In this document: one piece after another, positions 1 through 10,061 of the stretch | Numbering within the stretch: the stretch's first letter is position 1 | How the letters are laid out: each line of letters opens with the position of its first letter | NCBI GenBank assembly: GCA_002495905.1 | Contig: DAHJ01000035.1 | Location: 37,478-101,477, forward strand | DNA: 64,000 nt | Reading direction: 5' to 3' | From: Thaumarchaeota archaeon UBA223 | Lineage (GTDB): Archaea; Thermoproteota; Nitrososphaeria; Nitrososphaerales; UBA57 | Position numbers and translations under genes: made by a program | Notes under the pieces: generated by a model | What the model saw: the letters and a program-made list of their open reading frames with translations, nothing else | The model's database searches: none | What the model was told of the DNA's origin: nothing

Positions 1-741
1 TGCTCGCATTAAATCAATTTTTCGGAAATCAGGCCAATAAACATCAAGAAATACTAATTCACTATATGCACTTTGCCATAGAAGAAATCCACTAAGACGT
101 TCTTCTCCGGACGTTCTAATGACTAAATCGGGTTCGGGGGAAGATAAATGTGAAGTAGATAGATATTCCTCGAGCATATCGTTTGTAATATCTTGAATTA
201 CAACAGAACCATCATTTACATCAGATGCAATATTTTTTACGGCTTCCAATATTTCAGACCTTCCGCCATAAGCAAGAGCTAAATTAAAGAACAGTCCATC
301 ATAATCCTTAGTTTTTAATTCAACTTGTTGAATTTTTTCTTGAATTTCTTTAGGAAGTAAAGACAAATTTCCCATTCCTTTAACATGAACTTTATATCGA
401 TCAATTTTTGGTTCCTCTATTAATTCAGATAATTTTTTTGAGATAATTTCAAAAAGTCTATCCAGTTCAGGTGGTGGTCTAGATAGATTTTCCGCAGATA
501 GAGCATATAGAGTAATAATCTTCACATCTAGTTCAACACACCAATCTAACAAATCGTCGACAATATCTGCACCTGCAAAATGTCCCATCCATTCAGGAAT
601 AAATTTAGATTTAGCCCAACGTCTATTGCCATCGAGAATTAATGCAATGTGAACAGGAGATTTTGATTTACTAATTTGATTTTTTAGGTAGTTTTCGTAG
701 AATTTGTAAACCCCTATACGACGTAATAAATTAATAAACAA
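1..741 (-). CDS. uppS: Undecaprenyl/di-trans,poly-cis-prenyl diphosphate synthase (cis-prenyltransferase). The C-terminus is cut by the window edge.
   Basis: The minus-strand frame is open to position 1. My translation contains HIALILDGNRRWAK, ITLYALSAENLSRP and IRTSGEERLSGFLLWQSAYSEL, which are UppS signatures. The putative TTG start at 741 lies just after the in-frame stop. Confidence 0.85.
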   Translation of the reverse strand, partial: MFINLLRRIGVYKFYENYLKNQISKSKSPVHIALILDGNRRWAKSKFIPEWMGHFAGADIVDDLLDWCVELDVKIITLYALSAENLSRPPPELDRLFEIISKKLSELIEEPKIDRYKVHVKGMGNLSLLPKEIQEKIQQVELKTKDYDGLFFNLALAYGGRSEILEAVKNIASDVNDGSVVIQDITNDMLEEYLSTSHLSSPEPDLVIRTSGEERLSGFLLWQSAYSELVFLDVYWPDFRKIDLMRA

Positions 742-753
742 GATTAATCTTGC

Positions 754-1926
754 CTATTTACGTCTTGATCGAGGTAGTCGAATATATCTTTGGTACAAGA
801 ATATTACGCTGAAGAAAGAACCAGCAAGGCCAAAAATAAGAGATGCAATAAAAGTAAATGTATCGCCTGCGCCAATAAGAAGTTTTGAGAATTGTTGAAT
901 AGGTAGAAAGAGGAAAATCAAAGTAAGTAATAGAATCACTCCACGAATTACACGTCGTTTTCTCTCAATAATCCAGTTAGATAACAAATCTCCAGAAATG
1001 AATAAACCAAAACCTATCCATAAAAGAAATATCGATTCGTTTAGAAAAACACCAATTAATTCAGGTGCAGATGAAATAAGATTAGACGCACTGGCGGCCG
1101 CTTGATTTGAAGAGATTGCGATAGACAATCTAGAAGCGCCTAAAAATATACCAATAATTAAAACCAAGGAACCCGCTACCGTGGAGAATAATCGTACATA
1201 AGAAGTCAATTCCAATTTAGGAAGAGATCGTGTTAGCCTATCAAGATCAAAACCACGTATAACGAAAGCCATTCCTAAAATTGCCAGAGTTACAGTGATT
1301 GCTTGTTCAAGTAGATTAAAAAGTGCTAGAAATGCCCAGGAAAGAAATAATAAACCAGGAATTCCTAGAGCAAACTTTGAATATCGTTGATCAAATATCA
1401 ACATGTTAAGATATCGACCCAATACAGCATAAGTTTCTTCAAGAGCACCACTGTGTTTTATAACAATTCGTTGAATAGAATTAATTGAAACAAAATCTTG
1501 AACTAAAGGTATAATATTAGATTCATCAGAATCGTCTGAAACGATAATTGCATCAATCATTTTTGTTTTATTGACAATCGTCTGGATTTGTCGTCGTATC
1601 TTATCGTCGGATTTGAAACCGCCAGAATGAGTCCCAGTAACAATTGCAACTTCGCATTTACGACCAGAACGAGATAACTCATTATATGTTTTAATAGCGC
1701 CAAAAATAGCATTTGCGTCTGCTTCTTCTGGATCGCTAATAGCAAGTTTCATTCCTGCATTCTGACAATTTTTTGACCCAATAATCGGAGATTTAAGATT
1801 AGTTTTTTCTCCTAAATCATCATCACGATCGATACATAGAATAAGGATAGGAGTAGAACGGGATGATTGTTGTTTTCTTCTAGAAATAGAAGTTTTTTTC
1901 TTACGTGAGGTACTCATCGTCATCAT
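754..1926 (-). CDS. DUF373-like archaeal integral membrane protein
   Basis: 390 aa. It has a soluble N-terminal domain (ILILCIDRDDDLGEKT) followed by multiple hydrophobic helices. The architecture matches my recollection of DUF373. Confidence 0.55.
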   Translation of the reverse strand: MMTMSTSRKKKTSISRRKQQSSRSTPILILCIDRDDDLGEKTNLKSPIIGSKNCQNAGMKLAISDPEEADANAIFGAIKTYNELSRSGRKCEVAIVTGTHSGGFKSDDKIRRQIQTIVNKTKMIDAIIVSDDSDESNIIPLVQDFVSINSIQRIVIKHSGALEETYAVLGRYLNMLIFDQRYSKFALGIPGLLFLSWAFLALFNLLEQAITVTLAILGMAFVIRGFDLDRLTRSLPKLELTSYVRLFSTVAGSLVLIIGIFLGASRLSIAISSNQAAASASNLISSAPELIGVFLNESIFLLWIGFGLFISGDLLSNWIIERKRRVIRGVILLLTLIFLFLPIQQFSKLLIGAGDTFTFIASLIFGLAGSFFSVIFLYQRYIRLPRSRRK

Positions 1927-2809
1927 CGTAAGCTAATCTTAGTTCGTCAAATGAAAGAGATTGTCCAGATTCAAGTTTTTCTTTAGCTTTAGATTTCTCT
2001 TTCTCAAGAATAACTTTCTTTTTCTTAAGAATTTCAGATTTACTAACAGATTTGATCGACTTGAATATTTCATTACGCTGACTTTTCAGCACTTGTAATT
2101 CTTTTGAGTTTGACTTTAATGTTGTTTCTAGTTCTTGTATATCGTCATTAAAACCATTCATCTCGCTGAATAATTTTTCACGTTGTTTAAACTTTGTATC
2201 AAAAACTATTTTTTTCTCGTCAAGGGATGCTTTTGCAGTTTTTCTAGATTCTTCAATTGTGTCAATATTAGAACCAATCTTTTTAATTTTTTTAAATAGT
2301 CCGGATACTTCTTTTCTTGCGCTAGTAGATTTTTTCCATTCGTTATATTTAATCTGTAAGGATTTAATATTATCAATAAGTTGTTTCTCCTCTTGTCTAG
2401 TTAATTGTTCTGTTTGTAACTTCCATTCGATTTCTTTAATTCTTTTTGAGACATTTTTGAAGTTCTCTTTTTTATTAAAACGTCGATCAGTTTTTGAAAC
2501 TTGTTCTTTGTTATTTGAGTCAGTTGATTTTATACCTTCGTTGGCATCATTAATCTTTGTCCATATTTCTTTTTTTTCATTAATTAGCACCTGTCGTTCT
2601 TTACGTAAATCCCCAACTTGTTGATATAAGGGTTCCAAATCTGCTTGATGTTCGCCTAATTGTGATGTTATAGTATTAATTTCATCTCTCATATCTAGTC
2701 GTTTTTTGTTTAAGGATTTTAAATGCGTTACAAGATTTTTTCTAGAATCAAGTAAATCCTTAATCTTATTATTAATTTCGCTAGTGTTAGTAGGTTCTAA
2801 TTCTGACAA
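1901..2809 (-). CDS. K/E-rich coiled-coil protein, function unknown
   Basis: 302-aa ORF with heptad-like, charged low-complexity sequence throughout. Its end overlaps the start of the downstream DUF373 gene by 26 nt. Confidence 0.6.
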   Translation of the reverse strand: MSELEPTNTSEINNKIKDLLDSRKNLVTHLKSLNKKRLDMRDEINTITSQLGEHQADLEPLYQQVGDLRKERQVLINEKKEIWTKINDANEGIKSTDSNNKEQVSKTDRRFNKKENFKNVSKRIKEIEWKLQTEQLTRQEEKQLIDNIKSLQIKYNEWKKSTSARKEVSGLFKKIKKIGSNIDTIEESRKTAKASLDEKKIVFDTKFKQREKLFSEMNGFNDDIQELETTLKSNSKELQVLKSQRNEIFKSIKSVSKSEILKKKKVILEKEKSKAKEKLESGQSLSFDELRLAYDDDDEYLT

Positions 2810-2895
2810 GTATTCATTCTGTGATAATAGCCGAATAAATAATTTATGGATATTTCATATAAATTCCATAAGATACTGATATAACAAGGTGGAAT

Positions 2896-3441
2896 TTGAT
2901 GAATACAGTGATTTGGGGAGTAACAGGAAGACCAGGAACAGGTAAAACCAAGGTTATCAATACATTACATTATAGATTACTATCAAATAATATTTCAATG
3001 GGAGGAGTATTGACTAGAGATATAAAAGAACATGGAAAAAGAACAGGAATCGAAATACAGAATATTTCAACAGGAATAAGTTATGAAATAGCAAACGTTA
3101 ATAGAAAAACAGGTCCAAGATTACAGAAATTTCGTATTAATTTAGAGAATATAGATAATTATTTGATAAAAGAATTAGAAAATTCATCCTCGAAAGCAGA
3201 TTTAATCATTATAGATATGATTGGACCAATGGAATTATTTAGTACAAAATTTTGTGAATTAACTAGTAAATTATTAGAACAAGACAAGAAAATATTATGT
3301 GCGATACAAACAAAATATAATCATCCAATAATAAAGGAAATAAAAAAAATGAGAAATGTAAAACTATATGATCTAAATGAAAAACACAAAGTTGAAGTTA
3401 TTGACGACATATACAATAATATAATTGAAAAAATTGAATAA
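2896..3441 (+). CDS. THEP1-family nucleoside-triphosphatase
   Basis: It has a Walker A motif (GVTGRPGTGKTKV), a GGVLTRDIKEHGKRTGIEI segment and a Walker B-like IIIDMIGPMELFS. The length is about 180 aa. Confidence 0.75.
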   Translation: MMNTVIWGVTGRPGTGKTKVINTLHYRLLSNNISMGGVLTRDIKEHGKRTGIEIQNISTGISYEIANVNRKTGPRLQKFRINLENIDNYLIKELENSSSKADLIIIDMIGPMELFSTKFCELTSKLLEQDKKILCAIQTKYNHPIIKEIKKMRNVKLYDLNEKHKVEVIDDIYNNIIEKIE

Positions 3442-4129
3442 ATTATTTATATCTGGAATCGATGAAGCAGGAAGAGGTTCAATACTAGGGCCATTAGTAA
3501 TAGCATCTGTTACTGCTGATAAAAAAACAATTAGAAAGTTTTCAAGAATTGGGATAAAAGATTCAAAACAATTATCGCCTCGAAACAGAGAAGCATTTGC
3601 AAAAATAATTATGGACGAATCTGAAAATGTAATAGTATCAAAACTTTCTGAAAAAAAGATAGATAAGTCGGTAAGATTAAGAAAAGAATATCTAAGAAAT
3701 AAAAATTTTATTGTAAGTAATAAAATAATTGGATTGAATGAGTTAGAAGCTTATTCTATGTCAAAAATAATCAATAATTTAGATTCTCATTCAGTATATG
3801 TGGATTCGTGTGATGTAAAGCCAGAGAGGTTCAGAAAAAGGATTGAGAATTACTTAAACAAGAATATTAAAATCCATTCTAGGCATAAAGCAGATGAGAA
3901 ATTCATAATAGTAGCAGCGGCTTCTGTAATTGCAAAATACACGCGCGATAGAGAGATTGTCAAATTAGAAAGAAGATTTGGGAATATAGGAAGTGGTTAT
4001 CCATCAGATCCAATAACTAGAATATTCTTACAAAAATGGCTTAAAAATCACAGGGATAAACCAGAGTTTGCAAGAAAATCGTGGAAGACATGGGAAGATT
4101 TACAACCAAAAATTGATGATTATTTTTAG
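3425..4129 (+). CDS. rnhB: Ribonuclease HII
   Basis: It contains the GIDEAGRGSILGPLVIA N-terminal motif, VDSCD, and AASVIAK...GSGYPSD. Confidence 0.9.
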   Translation: MKKLNKLFISGIDEAGRGSILGPLVIASVTADKKTIRKFSRIGIKDSKQLSPRNREAFAKIIMDESENVIVSKLSEKKIDKSVRLRKEYLRNKNFIVSNKIIGLNELEAYSMSKIINNLDSHSVYVDSCDVKPERFRKRIENYLNKNIKIHSRHKADEKFIIVAAASVIAKYTRDREIVKLERRFGNIGSGYPSDPITRIFLQKWLKNHRDKPEFARKSWKTWEDLQPKIDDYF

Positions 4130-4813
4130 TTATTTTAGGGTAGACATAATCATAGCATGATCTTTATCAAAAGGATGAAGATTAACCATTTGATTTATTT
4201 CAAAGCCGTTAGATTCCAATCTAGTCATTTCCTGTTCATATATTGATTCAGGATCTTTTGTAGTATCAATACTACGAGATTTTATTACCAAGATTAATTT
4301 AGAACCGCTAGTTAAGAATTCGTTACAATTGTTAATTGCAATATCAGTTTGATCAGGTTGTGATATATCACAATATACACTATCAATATTTCGAAAAATG
4401 GAAGTATAGCTATCTATATTACGTGCATCTGCAATAATTGGAATAATATTATTTCGAAAAGATACAACGTTATCAATAAAATCACGTGCAACACGGGATG
4501 AGATTTCAACACAAAACAATAATCCAGTTTTACCAACGATATCAGATACATGAGAAGGAGTAGTGCCAGTAGAAGAGCCAAGGTATAGAATAGTAGAACC
4601 GTCAGTAAAAGGAATATCTTTCATGCCATTAATAATCGAGGCTGCAAGTTTACTTCGATAAGGATCCCAAATACGGAATTCAGAATTTGAAGATTTTTGA
4701 AGATGTTCGCCATATACACTATTACCTGGAACAAAATTTTTAGTTGCAAGTTTATCTTTCCCTGCAACTTCAATCCATTTTACATTATTTGGAAGTTCTT
4801 CTACGTTTTTCAT
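4130..4813 (-). CDS. flpA: Fibrillarin-like rRNA/tRNA 2'-O-methyltransferase
   Basis: 227 aa with FRIWDPYRSKLAA and LYLGSSTGTTPSHVSDIVG (SAM motif). It lies directly downstream of nop5. Confidence 0.9.
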   Translation of the reverse strand: MKNVEELPNNVKWIEVAGKDKLATKNFVPGNSVYGEHLQKSSNSEFRIWDPYRSKLAASIINGMKDIPFTDGSTILYLGSSTGTTPSHVSDIVGKTGLLFCVEISSRVARDFIDNVVSFRNNIIPIIADARNIDSYTSIFRNIDSVYCDISQPDQTDIAINNCNEFLTSGSKLILVIKSRSIDTTKDPESIYEQEMTRLESNGFEINQMVNLHPFDKDHAMIMSTLK

Positions 4814-5999
4814 TCATGCTTCTCCTTAATTTTTTGTGTTTTTTCTTGGAATAATTATTACGATCAGCTACAGGGGAAGCATATTTTTCTTGAATTTCAC
4901 GATATCTTTCGTCAAGGCTATTTTCAATATCGAGTTCTTTACTGCCTCGAAATGCATCAATTCGTGCGGCAATAGCAATTTTACTAGCCAAAGAACGTGC
5001 AATTTTTCCACGTTGCCATTTAGGACTAGAATGTACTTTATCATGTTGGAAGATAATTCCATGTTTGGGAGGTCTACTACCGCTCTTTAGTGAACGAAAT
5101 AGTGCTTTTTCTGCTCCAAGAACTTGTATTGTACTTGAAGGTAATTTTGCAAGTTTCAATAATCCACCAGATTTTGCAATTAAACGCGCACCAATAGTTG
5201 GACCTGCAATTGAACTAAGATTTGGAGCGATATTATTCATCAAGTCACTAATATAATTGAGCATTTTATCACGAACTTTAACTAAATTAATAACGTTTTC
5301 AGATAAAATGGAAATAATATTCAAATCTTTTGAATTAATTTCGCCGCCTTTAGAATCTTGTGCAGCACTAAACAAAGCATCAAGTTTCTTTTCAGAAAAA
5401 TTAAAAGAAACCAAGTCTTTTTCAGTTATTGAATTACGATCTAGACCAAGAGAAACAAATTTAAAATAAACATTACTATCTTTAACTAAATTTTCTAATT
5501 CAGGAAAATGAAGTCCATACCATTCGTTAATTCTTGCCATAAGAATATTAACAGCTTTATCAAGTTCATCTAAAGAATTTATTCCTTCAATAATTTGAAG
5601 ATCTTCTTTACCAGAAACATCGCGAATTTGTTGTTTTGAGTATTCAATAGAGAAATTTTGAAGAAATTTACTTATTTCCTCTTCAGAACTAAAGAAACCA
5701 GACTGAACAAATAATGGAAAAAGATTAGAAGAATCAATTGTTTGATGAATGAAGTTTTTGTCAGGAAATATTTTATTAAGTATGTCAATTAAAGACTGGT
5801 CATTTACTTCAAGAGAATCAGGTAGTTCATTCGATGAATTGTCAAAAAAGTTTTTAATATCTTCAGATACATTCGAGTTTTTAATTTGAGAATATAAGGA
5901 TATTTCAGAATTAGGTTCAAATCGATGACTTTGAAGAACTTCATATTTATCATTAATTATAATAATTCCTGCTTCTGTTAGAATTACCTTGTTGGTCAA
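4785..5999 (-). CDS. nop5: Nop5 (Nop56/58), C/D box sRNP core protein
   Basis: 404 aa with INEWYGLHFPEL, IAGPTIGARLIAKSGGL..LAKLPSSTIQVLGAEKALFR and a Lys-rich tail. Confidence 0.9.
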   Translation of the reverse strand: MTNKVILTEAGIIIINDKYEVLQSHRFEPNSEISLYSQIKNSNVSEDIKNFFDNSSNELPDSLEVNDQSLIDILNKIFPDKNFIHQTIDSSNLFPLFVQSGFFSSEEEISKFLQNFSIEYSKQQIRDVSGKEDLQIIEGINSLDELDKAVNILMARINEWYGLHFPELENLVKDSNVYFKFVSLGLDRNSITEKDLVSFNFSEKKLDALFSAAQDSKGGEINSKDLNIISILSENVINLVKVRDKMLNYISDLMNNIAPNLSSIAGPTIGARLIAKSGGLLKLAKLPSSTIQVLGAEKALFRSLKSGSRPPKHGIIFQHDKVHSSPKWQRGKIARSLASKIAIAARIDAFRGSKELDIENSLDERYREIQEKYASPVADRNNYSKKKHKKLRRSMNEKRRRTSK

Positions 6000-6090
6000 G
6001 ATATGGAAAATACTAAATAACCATTCTTAAAGTTTTCAAGATGATTGAAACAGCATTACATTTTTAAATATCGAGAAGCTTACTATTTCT

Positions 6091-6270
6091 ATGCCAACTC
6101 ACGGTTCATTAACAAAAGCAGGTAAAGTAAGAGGTCAAACCCCCAAAGTAGAAGGAAAAGTACGAGTTAGTAAAAATCCAAGAGTAAAGTCAAAAAGATC
6201 ATTTAAAACAAGAGTGATATTAAACAGAACAATAGGCCAGAAATGGGACAAAGTAGTTCGTACAAGATAA
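6091..6270 (+). CDS. rps30e: Ribosomal protein eS30 (S30e). 59 aa, not in the ORF track.
   Basis: My translation is [75 protein letters not shown] is the eS30 signature. Confidence 0.85.
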   Translation: MPTHGSLTKAGKVRGQTPKVEGKVRVSKNPRVKSKRSFKTRVILNRTIGQKWDKVVRTR

Positions 6271-6347
6271 TCGCATCAAGTATCAATTAGCTTGAAATTA
6301 TAACGTATATTTTATTAATAGATTTTTATTACTGAAAGGATGTAATA

Positions 6348-6938
6348 ATGAATAAACAAATTGCAGCAATAGGACTAATATTATCATTAGGTGGAGCGTA
6401 TTTATTTTCACTATCATCAGTAATGGTATTATCAGAATTTGATATTGTTCCGACTAATTCCTTTATTACTTATTATGCCAATGTATCTACACTTCCATTA
6501 CCTGTAGCGAATTATAATTTAGAATTAACAAATAGTAACAAAGATGATGAATTCGTAGACGGAGAAAATATACCGGGACATCCAATTGATTTGTACGTAT
6601 TCGATGATGAGAATTATGATAAATTCAAAAGATGTGGAGGGTCGAGAGAAGGAGCAGACATATGTTCTGAATGGGAACCAATACTTTCAAGGATGGAACT
6701 TACAGGAGTTTTTAAAAGAGCACTTGATCCAGAAATAGATAGATTAACAGTAGTTGTATGGAATCATAGTCCTGAAAAAACAGTAGATAATTCAATTTCT
6801 ATAAGATTAGAATCTAATTATAGCGGAATAGCAAACATAATAGTCATAATCGGATTACTAGTTTTTTATATTGGAATGAGCAGGAAAGAAGAAAAAAAAT
6901 CTAATAAAGATTTGAAAAACAAAGCCAAAAAGGAATAA
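6348..6938 (+). CDS. Hypothetical membrane-anchored protein with N- and C-terminal TM helices
   Basis: 196-aa ORF with hydrophobic segments at both ends and an acidic central domain. I recognise no family motif. Confidence 0.5.
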   Translation: MNKQIAAIGLILSLGGAYLFSLSSVMVLSEFDIVPTNSFITYYANVSTLPLPVANYNLELTNSNKDDEFVDGENIPGHPIDLYVFDDENYDKFKRCGGSREGADICSEWEPILSRMELTGVFKRALDPEIDRLTVVVWNHSPEKTVDNSISIRLESNYSGIANIIVIIGLLVFYIGMSRKEEKKSNKDLKNKAKKE

Positions 6939-6948
6939 TGAGTAATAA

Positions 6949-8532
6949 TTGAGTAAAATTGGAAGAGGAACTTGGATCGATAAGTTAACTAATGAGATTA
7001 TCGAAAGGGAAATTCAGTTAAAACGTTCAACTAAAAAAATTAATGTTGAAAGTGGTTTAGGCGCATCAGGAATTCCTCACATAGGAAGTTTAGGAGATGC
7101 AGTAAGAGCATATGGAGTAAAAATGGCGTTAGAAGATAGAGGATATAATTCCGAATTAATAGCATATTCAGACGATATGGATGGATTAAGAAAGATTCCA
7201 GAAGGATTTCCTGAAACATTAAAAGATGAATTAGGAAAACCTGTATCTTCTATAGACGATCCATTTGGATGTCATTCGTCATACGGAGAACATATGAGTT
7301 CGTTATTGTTAGATGGTTTAGACAAACTAAATATAAAATATACATTTAAGAGTGCAACAAAAATTTATCAAGAGGGAATATTAAATGAACAAATAAGTAC
7401 AATATTGAAAAATTCAGAAATAATAGGTAAGAAAATTGCAGAAATAACTGGACAGACTAAGTTTGAGAAATTATTACCATATTATCCAGTTTGTGAAAAT
7501 TGTAAGAAGATATACGTAACTGTACCAACTGAATTCGACCAAGAAAACAATATTCTCGAATATGTATGTAAAGATGTCGAAATAGGAGGAAATTTAATTA
7601 AAGGATGTAATCATTCAGGTACTACAAATTTATCAGAGGGAAAGGGAAAACTTGGCTGGAAAGTTGAATTTGCAGCTAGATGGGCTGCATTAGATATAAG
7701 ATTCGAGGCATATGGAAAAGATATAGAAGATTCGGTTAAGATAAATGATTGGATATCAGGAAATGTTCTAGATCATGAACACCCATTTCATGTAAGATAT
7801 GAAATGTTTTTAGATAAATCAGGTAAAAAGATTTCTAAATCAATTGGAAATGTTTTGACGCCACAAAAATGGTTAGAATACGGAACTCCCGACTCATTGT
7901 TATTGCTGATGTTCAAGAGAATATCAGGAGCAAGAGCTTTATCAGTGGAAGACATTCCAACGTATATGGACGAAGTAGATGTAGTAGAGGACATATATTT
8001 TAACAAGGTCATGTCGGAAAATAAAGATAAAACGATTAGAATGAAAGGATTGTATGAATATGTCAATCATTTAAACCCTCCAGAAAAAGAAGAAATTCAC
8101 CTCCCATATAGATTGTTAGTAGAATTAGCTGAAATAGCTCCTGAAGATAATTCTGTAGAATATATATCAAAAAAACTAGTCGAATATCAATATGTAAAAG
8201 AAATAGATGATAACATATTGCAAAGGATCAGATTAGGGATAAATTGGGCTCGAGATTTTAAATCGGATGAAATAGGAGCAGTAGAAGTATCAGATAGTCA
8301 TAAGAAACCATTAACAGAAATCATTACTTTATTAGAAAATAATTCAGATCCTGAAGTTATTCAAAGTGAGATATTCGAGATAGCAAAAGCAAATAACCTT
8401 AAACCAAGAATATTATTTCAGTTATTATATCAGATACTTCTGGGTAGCAATAAAGGTCCAAAATTAGGAAAATACATAGTAGATGCAAATAAAACTAAAA
8501 TAACTAAGAAAATTAAAGCTGCAATAGAGTAA
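6949..8532 (+). CDS. lysK: Lysyl-tRNA synthetase, class I
   Basis: It has a HIGH-like motif (GIPHIGSLGD), a KMSKS-like motif (KISKSIGN) and the typical ~530 aa length. The start is TTG. Confidence 0.9.
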   Translation: MSKIGRGTWIDKLTNEIIEREIQLKRSTKKINVESGLGASGIPHIGSLGDAVRAYGVKMALEDRGYNSELIAYSDDMDGLRKIPEGFPETLKDELGKPVSSIDDPFGCHSSYGEHMSSLLLDGLDKLNIKYTFKSATKIYQEGILNEQISTILKNSEIIGKKIAEITGQTKFEKLLPYYPVCENCKKIYVTVPTEFDQENNILEYVCKDVEIGGNLIKGCNHSGTTNLSEGKGKLGWKVEFAARWAALDIRFEAYGKDIEDSVKINDWISGNVLDHEHPFHVRYEMFLDKSGKKISKSIGNVLTPQKWLEYGTPDSLLLLMFKRISGARALSVEDIPTYMDEVDVVEDIYFNKVMSENKDKTIRMKGLYEYVNHLNPPEKEEIHLPYRLLVELAEIAPEDNSVEYISKKLVEYQYVKEIDDNILQRIRLGINWARDFKSDEIGAVEVSDSHKKPLTEIITLLENNSDPEVIQSEIFEIAKANNLKPRILFQLLYQILLGSNKGPKLGKYIVDANKTKITKKIKAAIE

Positions 8533-8565
8533 TAGTTAATTTATGAGAAATTATAAGCAAAGTGA

Positions 8566-9324
8566 TTGAAATTGGTACGCGCGCAAAACTCAAGTAATGC
8601 TTTAAACAACAGGTTATCTGCACATGCAAATTATGCAAAATTTGAGATAAATGATTGGATAATTCCAAAATTAGAAATTAAAGAAAACGATAATGTATTA
8701 GATATAGCATGTGGAAATGGAAAACAACTAATTCCAATAAGTGAAATCATTAACAAGGATGGATCAATTACAGGATTAGATATATCAAAAGATCTTCTAG
8801 ATGAAATTGAATCAAATATTAAGAGAAAGAACGTGTTCTTAAAAAATGAAAGTATGGAGAACATAAACAAAGAATTCAAGAATGAACAATTCGATCTAAT
8901 ATTGTGTTGTTTTGGATTATATTATTCAAAAGATTACAAAAAAACAATTAAGGACATTTATGATAAATTAAAGAATGGAGGCAGATGTTTCGTTTGTGGT
9001 CCTGTCAAAAGAAATAACAAAGAATTAACAGACATACATGAAACATTTGAAAAGCTTCCTGAAGAATACAATATGCATAATACTTTCATGGAATCAAAAG
9101 CTTTACCATATTTTGAAACATTATTTGGAGAAGTGCAAACAGAAATTTTTGAAAATCCTATAACTTTTCCAAGTAAAGATGAATTGTTAAGATATTGGAA
9201 ATCATATACATTATTTGAGAAGGAAGAGCAGAGTAAATTTGAGAAAGTATTAGAAGACATATTCATAAGAGAAAATAAGTTTATAACAAAAAAAGTAGTA
9301 ATGGGAATATCAGCTAAGAAATGA
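8566..9324 (+). CDS. Class I SAM-dependent methyltransferase
   Basis: It has SAM motif I (VLDIACGNGKQ) and the acidic loop GLDIS. 252 aa. Confidence 0.75.
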   Translation: MKLVRAQNSSNALNNRLSAHANYAKFEINDWIIPKLEIKENDNVLDIACGNGKQLIPISEIINKDGSITGLDISKDLLDEIESNIKRKNVFLKNESMENINKEFKNEQFDLILCCFGLYYSKDYKKTIKDIYDKLKNGGRCFVCGPVKRNNKELTDIHETFEKLPEEYNMHNTFMESKALPYFETLFGEVQTEIFENPITFPSKDELLRYWKSYTLFEKEEQSKFEKVLEDIFIRENKFITKKVVMGISAKK

Positions 9325-10019
9325 CATTAAATTATAAGAATAAAAAATTATTAGTTATTGCACCCCATCCCGATGATGAAGTCCTTGGTTGTGGAGGTTT
9401 AATTTCAAAAGTTAAATCGTCAGGTGGAGAAGTTCATGTTTTATGTTTTACTGTTGGAAATATCAAACAATATGGAGGAACTAGTAACTTTGAAAAAAGA
9501 GTAGTAGAAATGAAGAAAGTAATGAGATATTTGAAAGTAGATTCATTCGATTTAGCATGGGCAGGTGATGAATATCACCTAAAACTTGACAAAGTTCCAC
9601 AAAAGGATTTGATTAACACAATTGAAAAAGGAGATGTTTCATTATCAACAGTAAAACCGGATATAATAGCAATACCTTTCATAGGGTCTACTAATCAAGA
9701 TCATGTTGCAGTTGCCAAAGCTAGTTTTACAGCATGCAGACCTGTAAGAAATAATGAAAAAGACATTACAAAAATAGTATTATCATATGAGCAACCAGAA
9801 ACAAATTGGACTAGAAAAAGATTTCATCCTAATTTTTATGTTGATATATCAAAGGAATTAAAAAAGAAAATAAAGGCATTATCTTTGTATTCATCTCAAG
9901 TAAGAAGCAAGAATCATCCCAGAACCCCAAGAGTAATTGAAAATATAGCAGAACTAAGAGGGACAGAAATAGGTGTTAAATATGCAGAAGCATATGAATG
10001 TCACAGATTGATAATTTAA
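9321..10019 (+). CDS. PIG-L/LmbE-family N-acetyl-sugar deacetylase
   Basis: It contains the LVIAPHPDDEVLGCGG signature and a downstream HxxH-type region. Confidence 0.8.
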   Translation: MTLNYKNKKLLVIAPHPDDEVLGCGGLISKVKSSGGEVHVLCFTVGNIKQYGGTSNFEKRVVEMKKVMRYLKVDSFDLAWAGDEYHLKLDKVPQKDLINTIEKGDVSLSTVKPDIIAIPFIGSTNQDHVAVAKASFTACRPVRNNEKDITKIVLSYEQPETNWTRKRFHPNFYVDISKELKKKIKALSLYSSQVRSKNHPRTPRVIENIAELRGTEIGVKYAEAYECHRLII

Positions 10020-10061
10020 TTAGAAAAGAATTTATTATGTATGAAGAAGTAGAGTAATAAA

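Noticed and set aside
2259-2624. 121-aa plus-strand ORF inside the coiled-coil gene. Similar antisense or out-of-frame track ORFs occur at 1557-1745, 4697-5469, 7788-8066, 8631-9266, 11364-11825, 12332-12739, 20109-20597, 22313-22735, 23215-23772, 25329-25645, 33809-34132, 47697-48029 and 61148-61417.
   Set aside because: Each lies wholly within a longer ORF that has clear family motifs. Their translations are low-complexity (F/L/I/S-rich), as expected for shadow frames in an AT-rich genome. None has a recognisable motif.
2821-2879. GUGAUAA ... CUGA in the promoter gap upstream of the THEP1 NTPase gene.
   Set aside because: The C-like box lacks the second GA. There are no D'/C' boxes and no flanking complementarity.
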